64,000 nucleotides of DNA from Bdellovibrionales bacterium. GTDB taxonomy: Bacteria > Bdellovibrionota > Bdellovibrionia > Bdellovibrionales > JAUICD01. The position numbers and the translations under genes are program-made. The notes beneath the pieces were generated by a model. That model saw only the letters and a list, made by a program, of their open reading frames with translations, ran no database searches and was not told where the DNA came from. The stretch is taken from positions 1,312,001 through 1,376,000 of the forward strand of contig OZ241865.1 of the NCBI GenBank assembly GCA_965203275.1, read 5' to 3'. Every line of letters starts with the position of its first letter. Positions within the stretch are counted from its first letter, which is position 1. Shown here piece by piece: positions 29,949 through 39,063 of this stretch.

Positions 29949-32900
29949 TTAATTGTTGCTTAAGTGAATATCTGATATTCTTCTCTGAATTCCATTGCGG
30001 TCAACAGATATTTCTCCATTATCTTTAATGTTAATAACTATTTTACCATTTTCAACCTGCCAATTAAATATAATATTTCCATCCTGCAGTTGGCTTTTGT
30101 TTACTTTTACCCAAGCTTTATTATTCTCATTCTCAATTCTTGATCTAATATCACTAAAACCACTTGCTCTATCTTGCATTTGCAAATATTCTTCAACTAA
30201 GAAATCTATAACCGCAGGGTCTACAACATATCTTATTGTTTTTTGACTGCTTTCCATCATGTCCAACTCAGACTGTACTACTTCCATCAAGGCATCTCTA
30301 CTTAAAAATCCCATCCAAAAAGTATGATCAATTCTTCGATAAAAGGCAGCTGGACCTCCTGAATTACGGTTGCTCATTATAGAATCTGTACCAGAAAATT
30401 CTTTTCTTAGCTGAGCAATTGCTTCTGACTTAAGCTCCGCAGGGAGTTCTAATAAATCTTCTGCTGGATATCGTCTTTTGAAATTTTCTACAGCTCTACT
30501 TAGATCTTCTGGAGTTATTTCTTCTTCTGTACGCTTACCATTGATCACTGCTATTATCTCTCTCTGTGTAGGTGCCAGTTCGTTTGGATTTAAATCATTT
30601 AGCTGATTGTTTCTTATTTTCATAATAAAATCCAAATCTTCTTTTGATCTTTCATTGATTCTCAGTTCTTCCATTTGTTCTGCATTAAACCCATACTTCA
30701 AAAGACTAAAATCTGGGTTTAAATCTAAGAAGATCATTGTATTTTGAAAAGACACAAGCCGACCTTTTGAATCTTCTATCACTCCATCTTCAAAAATATT
30801 CATCAAAATATTTAAAATACTAGATGGCATCTGATTGACCTCATTGATATAGATGACAGCACGAGGATTATTAATCACTTTTGCAGTAAGAGATTGATTA
30901 TCTGCTAAGGAATCATTGTCTCTATTTAGAAGATCCTTATTTCCTAATAAGCTTTCTATAGTGGCAGTAGAACCTCTCACTTTGATAATAGCGTCTTCTT
31001 TTTGCTTTCCTGGATGAAAGAATTTCCCTATTGTTTCAACTAATATGGTTTTACCAATGCCTGGTGGACCAAGAAGAAGTATAACTCTAGTAGGTCTTTC
31101 TGGTTTAGAAGTCATTTTGGATGCAGCACCTAGTAGCATATTACCAATGTCTTCAACGAGAGAACCATAGCCTTTGAATCTAGCCCTTACAGATTGTACA
31201 AAGTTCTCTAAACTGTGATATAATTCTGGCCCTGCGTATGTTTCCACAGGCATTCCCAATGCTTCCCCTACAATAATATCTATATCTTGAATAGTTATGG
31301 AAGTTTGTAAATTTTCAATACGTTCTTGGATTATATCTAAAGAAAGACCCTCTTTTATGTCTCTTTGTAGTTGATGAAATGAATCTTTTTGAGTTTCATT
31401 TAGATTATTTTCTGCATAATCAAAAATGTTATCGAGAAGTGTTTTTCTGCTCTTGAAATATTCAGATCCAAAGTGATAGTATTTATTCGCAAGAAATAAA
31501 GCTCGATCCATAATAAGTGTCTTTTGTGTTGATGTGAAAAGAGGTTTATTGAGATTGTTTTGATCAAATAAATAGTTTGAGACAGATTCTATCTGCCTTT
31601 GATCAGGTGTAGGCATGTCTACCGTGGTAAATCCTTGACCTATCTGACTGCCCATAAAATTTCTGGATTGTCCTTGTCTTAATCTACCAACAATCCTTAA
31701 TCCACCACTATGTGGGTCTTCAGCAGCTTTTTTCATGATACCTAGTAAACTCGATCCAATATTATCATTTGGAGAGCCTTCTGTTGGTCCTTTTTCAAAT
31801 AAGTCTCTGACTAAATCATCTACTACCAAAATACACTGGCCATTACAATTTGCAATTGCATCTTTCATTTTCAGCATATTTTTTTCTAGGTCACCAGAAT
31901 ATCTAGTCCCTGCTACTGCATGTTCAGAATTTAATCGAAAAAATCCTATATTTACTAAACGCGGATCTATCTTACCATGATAGGGGCTATTAGGATCCTT
32001 TGATTCCATAATGGCATGAATAGTATCATGTATTAATGTTTCGCGACCTGTTCCTGGAAGTCCTGTCACGGCTACAGAAGAGTTACCTATATTAGTAAGG
32101 GCTTGTGCCACTTTTATAATCAAATTGGGATCAGAAACACCTTTAGATAACTTACCTTCTTCAGCTTTACGTGTTAAGTTTTCTGTAGTATAAGGGATAG
32201 AGGCATTTTGGACAGATGCACTGGATGAAGCAGGAGGGTTATAATTTGAATTTGCATACTGCTGAGTATCTGTAAAACTTGTTCTTTCTTCTCCTCTGAC
32301 ATAGTGAATACTTTGATAAAGCTTATCTGTTACTTCGGCAGTTTTTCTATCTATTTCTCTTTGAGGTTTTAGTCCTCCCCAAGTTCTTGTGAACCTTTGC
32401 CACCATGTAGATTGAGTAGTTAAGTTAGTGAACAAAAAATCACGAATAGCATGATCCGCGTTTAAAATGCCTAAAAGAAAGTGTTCAGGGGCAGGCGTGT
32501 TAAAAAATGCTTTGTTATTCCTTTGTCGGAAAAGTTCTTCTTTTGTTGCGGCATTTTCAGCTAATGCAATCAGGTCTTCATCTTCTTTTATTTTAAGGTG
32601 ATCACGATTAAGAATAGATTGAGTATTTTCAGATATTTCCTCTAAATTTAATCTCAAATCTCCATTTTCATTTCTTTCAAAAGGAGGTTCTGGAGTATTA
32701 TTTCCATGTTGAAAATATCCCAGTCTGTTCAAAAGAAAGTCTTGAAAAGACTTTACATCAAAGCCTGCATTTTTCAAGATAGCAGGCAAGGTACCATTAG
32801 TAAAATTCCAGCCTTGGTAAGTAGAATAGACAGCTTGTGCATCATTATTATTTTTATTAGGTTCTTTAGATCGAACCTCCAATGTGAGTGCAAGCAAGAC

Positions 32901-33110
32901 ATGTTCTGGTAGGACAATAGAACTTCCTAAGGCATGAGCTATGTGGGTAGCTGCCCCTATAGCTTCTTGAACCTCTCGAGTCATTTTTTTGACTCTACCA
33001 TCAGAAGGACACATTGCATACACAGAAACACTTTGCACTTGAACAAATATCACAAAATAACATATTAAATAAGTTTTTAACTTTAACATAATGTATGACT
33101 TATATACCAC
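29949..33110 (-). CDS. Divergent ClpA/ClpB-like double AAA+ protein with signal-peptide-like N-terminus
   Basis: Clp-N repeats (PEHVLLAL, PEHFLLGIL), AGTRYSGDLE, GPPGIGKT, EDSKGRLVSFQNTMI, AFYRRID; true start may be ATG 33089. Confidence 0.8.
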   Translation of the reverse strand: MVYKSYIMLKLKTYLICYFVIFVQVQSVSVYAMCPSDGRVKKMTREVQEAIGAATHIAHALGSSIVLPEHVLLALTLEVRSKEPNKNNNDAQAVYSTYQGWNFTNGTLPAILKNAGFDVKSFQDFLLNRLGYFQHGNNTPEPPFERNENGDLRLNLEEISENTQSILNRDHLKIKEDEDLIALAENAATKEELFRQRNNKAFFNTPAPEHFLLGILNADHAIRDFLFTNLTTQSTWWQRFTRTWGGLKPQREIDRKTAEVTDKLYQSIHYVRGEERTSFTDTQQYANSNYNPPASSSASVQNASIPYTTENLTRKAEEGKLSKGVSDPNLIIKVAQALTNIGNSSVAVTGLPGTGRETLIHDTIHAIMESKDPNSPYHGKIDPRLVNIGFFRLNSEHAVAGTRYSGDLEKNMLKMKDAIANCNGQCILVVDDLVRDLFEKGPTEGSPNDNIGSSLLGIMKKAAEDPHSGGLRIVGRLRQGQSRNFMGSQIGQGFTTVDMPTPDQRQIESVSNYLFDQNNLNKPLFTSTQKTLIMDRALFLANKYYHFGSEYFKSRKTLLDNIFDYAENNLNETQKDSFHQLQRDIKEGLSLDIIQERIENLQTSITIQDIDIIVGEALGMPVETYAGPELYHSLENFVQSVRARFKGYGSLVEDIGNMLLGAASKMTSKPERPTRVILLLGPPGIGKTILVETIGKFFHPGKQKEDAIIKVRGSTATIESLLGNKDLLNRDNDSLADNQSLTAKVINNPRAVIYINEVNQMPSSILNILMNIFEDGVIEDSKGRLVSFQNTMIFLDLNPDFSLLKYGFNAEQMEELRINERSKEDLDFIMKIRNNQLNDLNPNELAPTQREIIAVINGKRTEEEITPEDLSRAVENFKRRYPAEDLLELPAELKSEAIAQLRKEFSGTDSIMSNRNSGGPAAFYRRIDHTFWMGFLSRDALMEVVQSELDMMESSQKTIRYVVDPAVIDFLVEEYLQMQDRASGFSDIRSRIENENNKAWVKVNKSQLQDGNIIFNWQVENGKIVINIKDNGEISVDRNGIQRRISDIHLSNN

Positions 33111-33171
33111 AATTAAATAAATTGCAAGGTTAAATTAAAAATTAATTGTTAAATGCAAAAACCATGTAAAC

Positions 33172-33397
33172 TTTTCACTAAAAGTAAACTGACCTCTGGT
33201 CACTTTCTGGTTGCCAGCCGAAGGCTACCGCCTTCTCAAAAGCTGGCAACCTAGAAAGCCTGTTCACTTTGAGTAGGGAGGATCCCTTCACTTTTTTACT
33301 TCATGTTAAGGAAACAAAATGCTTTCAAAATTATATTAAAAGAGCAATGTCTCAAAAGTGGCCAGAGGCCAGACCACTTTTAGTGAAACAGAGGTCA
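33172..33397. repeat. Module A copy (33172-33315) and opposite-strand fragment (33341-33397)
   Basis: Same motifs and stems as the other copies. Confidence 0.88.
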
Positions 33398-34336
33398 CTT
33401 TACTTTTAGTGGAAACGACTGGCGAATTTTTTTGATTTCTGCTTCTGATAGGCCAGTGATTTCACAGATATCTTGTAATTTTGCATTTCTCTCAATTAGC
33501 TTAAGTGCAATCTCTTTTTGTTTCTTCTCAATACCTTCTTCACGACCCTTCTCAAGACCTTCTTCACGACCCTCGTCACGAACAAATTCTTCTCTGTCTA
33601 CTTGATCCCTCCTAGCTCTCTCTTTCACCATATCAAGCTCTTGTAATGTCTCATCTTTTGATAATATCCATAAATGCTCAGCTGCTTCTGCCATGATTCC
33701 TCCTTTATCTTTGAAATATAAATATTCCTTTTGGTCCATCTGACCCGACCTCTTTAAAAAATAACACCAATTCTCTTTTATGTCAAATAATTCTCCTAAT
33801 TGGGACTGAAATTTATCTAATTCTACTATCACAAAACTCATACCCCGCGACATCACTACTTCTGGATGCTCTGTCCGACGAATATTGCAAACATGGTAAT
33901 AGTCCTTTATTCCTTCAAATTCTTTTAAATTTACAGTTGTGAAAACCAATGAATACACTGGAAGTAACTTATCAATATTCTCACCTTTCCTAATTTGACC
34001 TGAATAGAGCCGAGATAGATACATCAGTAACCTATCCGTAAAATGCTTTTGAGCTGTCGTTTGGACTTCTACATTCGCTGTCTCTGTATTTTGAAGAATG
34101 CCATTAATCCTTCTCCTTAACAGCACTCGCAAATCTAAAACAAAAAATTTATACTCCTCCGGGAATTTATCCGATGGAAGTTCTGTATTTAATATATGAA
34201 TGTCTTCTATTACAGAACCCTCTGGCAATGGAAGAAAATTCTCCATTATCGAAATCAAAAGCTTTTTCTTCCTTGTAAAGAAGGCCTTGAAATTACGATC
34301 TTTTGTTAAACTTAAATTCTTGCTTGGTTTTTTCAT
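33395..34336 (-). CDS. Rpn family recombination-promoting nuclease / PD-(D/E)XK putative transposase (second paralog)
   Basis: D.NFKAFF, LDLRV..NVEVQ, FVIVELDKF, GREEG repeats, EITGLS; internal GGAGG-ATG at 33694. Confidence 0.92.
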   Translation of the reverse strand: MKKPSKNLSLTKDRNFKAFFTRKKKLLISIMENFLPLPEGSVIEDIHILNTELPSDKFPEEYKFFVLDLRVLLRRRINGILQNTETANVEVQTTAQKHFTDRLLMYLSRLYSGQIRKGENIDKLLPVYSLVFTTVNLKEFEGIKDYYHVCNIRRTEHPEVVMSRGMSFVIVELDKFQSQLGELFDIKENWCYFLKRSGQMDQKEYLYFKDKGGIMAEAAEHLWILSKDETLQELDMVKERARRDQVDREEFVRDEGREEGLEKGREEGIEKKQKEIALKLIERNAKLQDICEITGLSEAEIKKIRQSFPLKVK

Positions 34337-34486
34337 CTTGTATACCTCATTTTTATTATCTTAGTTTAATAGTAAAAAATCACTTAAGTCAAATATATTC
34401 TGTTTGTCATAACTTTTAACTGCCTTATAACTGCTCTAAGAATGATATGTATTATTCTGTGATCTTCTCTACAAAGATCATCCTTC

Positions 34487-34535
34487 TGGGATCCGGGATC
34501 CCAGATCCCGGATTGAAACGATGTTAAGGAAAAAG
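34487..34535. repeat. GGATCCC-type heptamer tandem plus TGTTAAGGAAAA fragment
   Basis: GGGATCCGGGATCCCAGATCCCGG followed by GATGTTAAGGAAAAAG. Confidence 0.75.
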
Positions 34536-34546
34536 CAATTCTTAAC

Positions 34547-35481
34547 TTAATATTCTACCTTAATATCAGCAATAGCTTGCTCATTCCGGTAAACTTGTAT
34601 TTGATTCATTTGTTCTTTTAGCCATCTGGTGTAAACTTTTTGTCCTTGGACAGCTATTAAATTATTTTGGATGATGCCCTTAACTTCTTCAAATGTTGAT
34701 AATCTTTTTGCTTTTCTATCTAAAACCCTGTAAATATGATAACCATAAGGAGATTGCAGTATGCTACTCCAAACTCCCTTCTGCATAAAAAAAGCATTTT
34801 CAAAAACATCAAAAGTCCCTTTTTCAATCCAAATCTTACTGTGTTGAAGGGGAATCATAGAAGATTCTACAATCCGTTCAACGTCCTTACTTTGCTTCTT
34901 GATCTCTTGATAAATAGTATGGGCATCACTTTTGTTTTCAATAAAAGCTGTTGAAGGTAAACCCTAGCCTTTTTATTAAATGAAGATTTATGAGTCGCAT
35001 AATGAGCTTTAAGGTCATCTAGTGTCGGTGGGGTTACATGTTGCTGACGAATGGTTTGAAATACTTTTTCTTCTAAAAGTCTAATGTGTAAATTTTTCTT
35101 AAAATCATTGAGATTTTGATTTGCTTCAACAAGACTTTTGCGAAAACTTATATCATCAGGGTAGCTTTGTTTTATTTGTTGGATTCTTTCTTGGATATCT
35201 CTTTCAGAAATAGTCAGATTATTTTGTTCTGCCCATTTTATAACAATAATTTCATGTATAAATTCATCAATCACTTGATTTTTAATACGAGCAATGTTTT
35301 GAGGTTCTTTAAGTTGAAGAACATTTAGTCTTTTAAGTTTATGAGAAAGCTTTTGAGCAAACAAGCCAGCAGTAAGGCGAGCTTTATTGACTTCTACAAT
35401 GACTACATCTTGAGTATTGTTTTGACGAAAGCAACCAGTACAAGAAAAAAGCAATAGGGTATATAAAATATATTTTTTCAT
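34547..35481 (-). pseudogene. SurA/PrsA-like parvulin PPIase lipoprotein, frameshifted
   Basis: SurA_N-like first ORF (34867-35481) and PPIase end (SILQSPYGYHIY, 34547-34858) join through a single frameshift near 34943-34946. Confidence 0.75.
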
Positions 35482-35607
35482 AAACTTAACTTATTGTTGA
35501 ATTTTCTTATACCAAACAAACAAGAAAAAAGCAACATGGATTATAAAAACGACAACCTACTACTAAAAAACTATAAAGAAACTTTCATTAGTAAATCAAG
35601 TGATCAG

Positions 35608-36768
35608 CTAAAGTGAGTTATAAATTTTCTCTAACATCACCCAGGTAACTCCTGATGGAAGATGTTTACCATTGATAAATAAACTAGGCGTACCTGTGAT
35701 CTTAGCATTCTCCCCTTCTCTTGCTTGAGCCTTGATAGCTTCTAAGGTGCTATTTGCATCCAGGCATTCAGAGAAGCTAGATTCATTTAAATTTATTTTT
35801 TGTGCGATTTTTGTAAGATCACTTCTTCTCACTTCAGTAACCTTTTCAAAAAGATAATCGTGCATTTGCCAACCTTTATCTTGTTGATCAGCACAGTAGG
35901 TAGCAAAAGCAAGCCAACAAGAACGACCATTGCTTGATCGAGGGATTGCTTCATTGCAAGCACCATCTAAAGGGAAAGACATAAAAGTGAGTTCCACATC
36001 ATCACGTGATTTGATAAATGTATGTAAAATACCAGAAGCTACCTGACAGTGAGGACATTGAAAATCTGCAAATTCAATAATGTTCATTTTAGCAGGTTGT
36101 GTATGAGAAGAATACACCAAAGCTCCTTCTGTTGTGATCTCAAGAGGAGGACTATCTTGCCAATCTAAAAAAAGGGCATCTAATTGTTTTAGCATCTGAC
36201 CTGCTAAATTAGATTTAATGATCTCATTAGCCATTAAAGTAATAGGAGCTATGAGTAAAATAGGCAAATATAATTTAAAGCTTTTGGAAAAATCTATGTC
36301 TGCTTTTGTTTTAAAAGATAATGTATTTTTCCATTTGAAAATAGCTCCTAAAGAAATAAAAGATAAGAGATATGCTAACAAACAGAAAAGACAATAAGCT
36401 TCTAAAACGAAGAAAGAAATCACTCCCAGTATAACAGAAGTCAAAGCAATGAGTCCTGCAAGTAGCAAAAGCAAAGAATAAATATGATATTTTTTGTTTT
36501 CTTTTTCCTCAATCAATATCCAAAAGCCCAATAACAAAAGTACAAGATTAGCAAAAAATCCCCAAAGACTTAAGGGAGTACCTAACAAAACAGCATAAGG
36601 ACTTAAATTGACAACATCACAATTGAATGTATCATTGATATTGCAAAGGCTTTTATCTCCTCTTATGCCAAATTTTAAATTATAATGCACAAATGAGAGA
36701 TACAGCATGTTGACAATAGCTAATAGTTGCGATCCTAAAAATATTTTAAACATAATGCCACCTATCAT
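35608..36768 (-). CDS. VKOR-family membrane domain fused to a DsbA-like thioredoxin domain
   Basis: CNIN..FNC..V..SPYA, YCLFC; EFADFQCPHC; ITGTPSLFING. Confidence 0.9.
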   Translation of the reverse strand: MIGGIMFKIFLGSQLLAIVNMLYLSFVHYNLKFGIRGDKSLCNINDTFNCDVVNLSPYAVLLGTPLSLWGFFANLVLLLLGFWILIEEKENKKYHIYSLLLLLAGLIALTSVILGVISFFVLEAYCLFCLLAYLLSFISLGAIFKWKNTLSFKTKADIDFSKSFKLYLPILLIAPITLMANEIIKSNLAGQMLKQLDALFLDWQDSPPLEITTEGALVYSSHTQPAKMNIIEFADFQCPHCQVASGILHTFIKSRDDVELTFMSFPLDGACNEAIPRSSNGRSCWLAFATYCADQQDKGWQMHDYLFEKVTEVRRSDLTKIAQKINLNESSFSECLDANSTLEAIKAQAREGENAKITGTPSLFINGKHLPSGVTWVMLEKIYNSL

Positions 36769-36841
36769 ATATAGTTATATTTGTTGTTTTGACCTTTATA
36801 GTTGCAAACGAATACATCAAAAGCTTTTAGCTAGCTTAACG

Positions 36842-37138
36842 TCACTCTTGTTCTTTTTCTCTTAACTCTTTTAATTCTTCCTTAAACATCAATCGATGCA
36901 TTCTTATTGAAAAATCTCTATATGACTCATCCTCTTTTTGAACCCCTTCTTCACCATAAAGCCTCTTAAGATCTTTTCGCCATTTTAAATCTTTTGCTAG
37001 ATCAATTTCCCTTTCTTCCCTTGTCATAAAAAATGACATTGGTTTTTCCTTTGAAAATAAAGCATCAAACATAAGATAAAAACAAAGCAGTACTATAAAA
37101 AGGCATAAAAAATCTATCGTTATTAATTTCATTTTCAT
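36842..37138 (-). CDS. Small membrane-anchored hypothetical protein
   Basis: One N-terminal TM segment and a charged tail; SD-like AGAGG upstream. Confidence 0.5.
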   Translation of the reverse strand: MKMKLITIDFLCLFIVLLCFYLMFDALFSKEKPMSFFMTREEREIDLAKDLKWRKDLKRLYGEEGVQKEDESYRDFSIRMHRLMFKEELKELREKEQE

Positions 37139-37551
37139 TGTTTATTAAACCTCTCTCTTGAATTTTTACTAAGTTATCTTTCTATTTATTGGTTTCTTCT
37201 TTATCTTTTAGTATGATCATTGACTTAATTTTCAATATGGATAAGCCTTTGATCAAGTTCTTTTATTTTTGTGTTAAAAAGAATCAAACTTTTTATTAAG
37301 TGAATCAAACAAGAATTTAGCATGATGGTCAATGTAGCACTCAGTAGCAAGAGAATCTCTATTTTCTAAAAGCCATTCCATTTTAATCTCCTATATTTTA
37401 CACCTTAGAGATTTTACTTAAGCTTACCACAATCACATTAGATTTCAACCCTAAATCTTTAATGCCTTTGTTTCTGTTGTTTAATGAATGCTTCCCTGCA
37501 AATCAGAAGCTATATGGGACAAAGCATCATTTTGTCAAACACAATCAATGG

Positions 37552-38844
37552 TTATAAAAATAAATCGTGAATCCATATTGTCTCTTGTCGGCTGGGTCCT
37601 ACACTCACTACATCTATTGGAACTTTTAATGTTTTTTCTAAAAAATTAAGGTAATTTTTTGCTTCTTGTGGCAAATCCTGAAGTGACTTAACTGTTGAGA
37701 TATCTTTCTGCCAACCAGGGAAAACTTTTAAAATAGGTTTTGCTGACTGTAATTGGGTCTCAGAAAGTGGAAATTCTTTAGCTTCTAAACCATTTATAAG
37801 GTAACCTGTCACCAATGCAATTTCTTTAAACCCTGTAAGAACATCAAGTTTCATTAAAGCTAGACTGCTGACCCCATTGATACGTATGGCATATTGCAAA
37901 GCTAAAAGATCAAGCCAGCCACATCGACGGGGCCGGCCTGTCGTAGCTCCATATTCTTTGCCACGTTTTTGTAAAAGGCTTCCTGTTTCTCCTTTTAATT
38001 CTGTAGGAAAGGGACCATTACCTACCCTTGTGCTGTAGGCTTTGGTAATGCCTATGACTTTTTTAATAGCAGTTGGCCCTACACCAGAGCCTACACAAGC
38101 TGAACCTGCTATTGTAGAAGAGCTGGTCACAAAAGGATAAGTGCCATGCAACAAGTCGAGAAGTGTGCCTTGAGCCCCTTCATGTAGAATTCTATGACCT
38201 TGCTGACGATGCATTTCAATGATGTAAGAAGTATCAGGGCATTTATAAACTTCTAACTCTTGAGCATACTTTAAAAGCTCTTTATAAATGGCATCTACTG
38301 AAAATGCATGAATACCATAATAATTAAGCAAATGATTTTTTTCTTCTAAATTTAATTTAAGTTTAGTTTTGAGAATATCTGGTTGGAAAATATCCCTTAA
38401 TAAAATAGCCCTTCTAGAAGCTCTATCTTCATAAGCAGGGCCTATACCTTTGCCTGTCGTGCCAATTTTATTATGTGTGAGCCTGGATTCTCTGGCTATG
38501 TCTAATGCCTTGTGGTAAGGCAAAATAAGGGTTGTGTTTTCTGATATTAAAAGTTGTTTCTCTTTTTTAAGAAGTCCTATTTTTTTAAGGTCTTGGATTT
38601 CTTCAATGATCACTTCTAAATCTAAGACAACACCTGCTGCAATCACACACACACAATTTTCATGTAATATGCCTGATGGAAGAAGGTGTAAAATAGTTTC
38701 TTTCCCGTCTACAACAAGAGTATGTCCTGCATTAGCTCCTCCCTGATAACGGATCACAACATCAGCTTTTGCAGAGAACAAATCTACGACCTTACCTTTC
38801 CCTTCATCGCCCCATTGACAACCTACAACAATAACATCTGACAT
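37552..38844 (-). CDS. purA: Adenylosuccinate synthetase
   Basis: QWGDEGKGK, GGANAGHT, IGTTGKGIGPAY, EYGATTGRPRRCGW. Confidence 0.98.
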   Translation of the reverse strand: MSDVIVVGCQWGDEGKGKVVDLFSAKADVVIRYQGGANAGHTLVVDGKETILHLLPSGILHENCVCVIAAGVVLDLEVIIEEIQDLKKIGLLKKEKQLLISENTTLILPYHKALDIARESRLTHNKIGTTGKGIGPAYEDRASRRAILLRDIFQPDILKTKLKLNLEEKNHLLNYYGIHAFSVDAIYKELLKYAQELEVYKCPDTSYIIEMHRQQGHRILHEGAQGTLLDLLHGTYPFVTSSSTIAGSACVGSGVGPTAIKKVIGITKAYSTRVGNGPFPTELKGETGSLLQKRGKEYGATTGRPRRCGWLDLLALQYAIRINGVSSLALMKLDVLTGFKEIALVTGYLINGLEAKEFPLSETQLQSAKPILKVFPGWQKDISTVKSLQDLPQEAKNYLNFLEKTLKVPIDVVSVGPSRQETIWIHDLFL

Positions 38845-39063
38845 GCATACCCCTTTTGAGATTAGGTAAATTTTACAAAGACCTTATATTAGATTTTTTC
38901 TTTAACTTTAGCAAGATTTTAGATAAGAATTTTTAGATAAAAAGAGAGATGATTTAAAGCTTCATAGTATCAATTCTTGACAATGATTGTTATTTCATGT
39001 ACAAGTCATGTACAAGTAAGATAAGAAATCTTTGCTAAAATATTTTAAGGAAATGCATTAAGT

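Noticed and set aside
22366..33315. Module A as integron attC sites
   Set aside because: The TAAC/GTTA motifs form a short local palindrome rather than the two ends of the element; orientation is mixed; no cassette array or integrase is present.
37225..37381. Small minus-strand ORF after an AGGAG SD (MEWLLENRD...)
   Set aside because: Only ~35 codons before a stop, possibly frameshifted; no recognisable homology.
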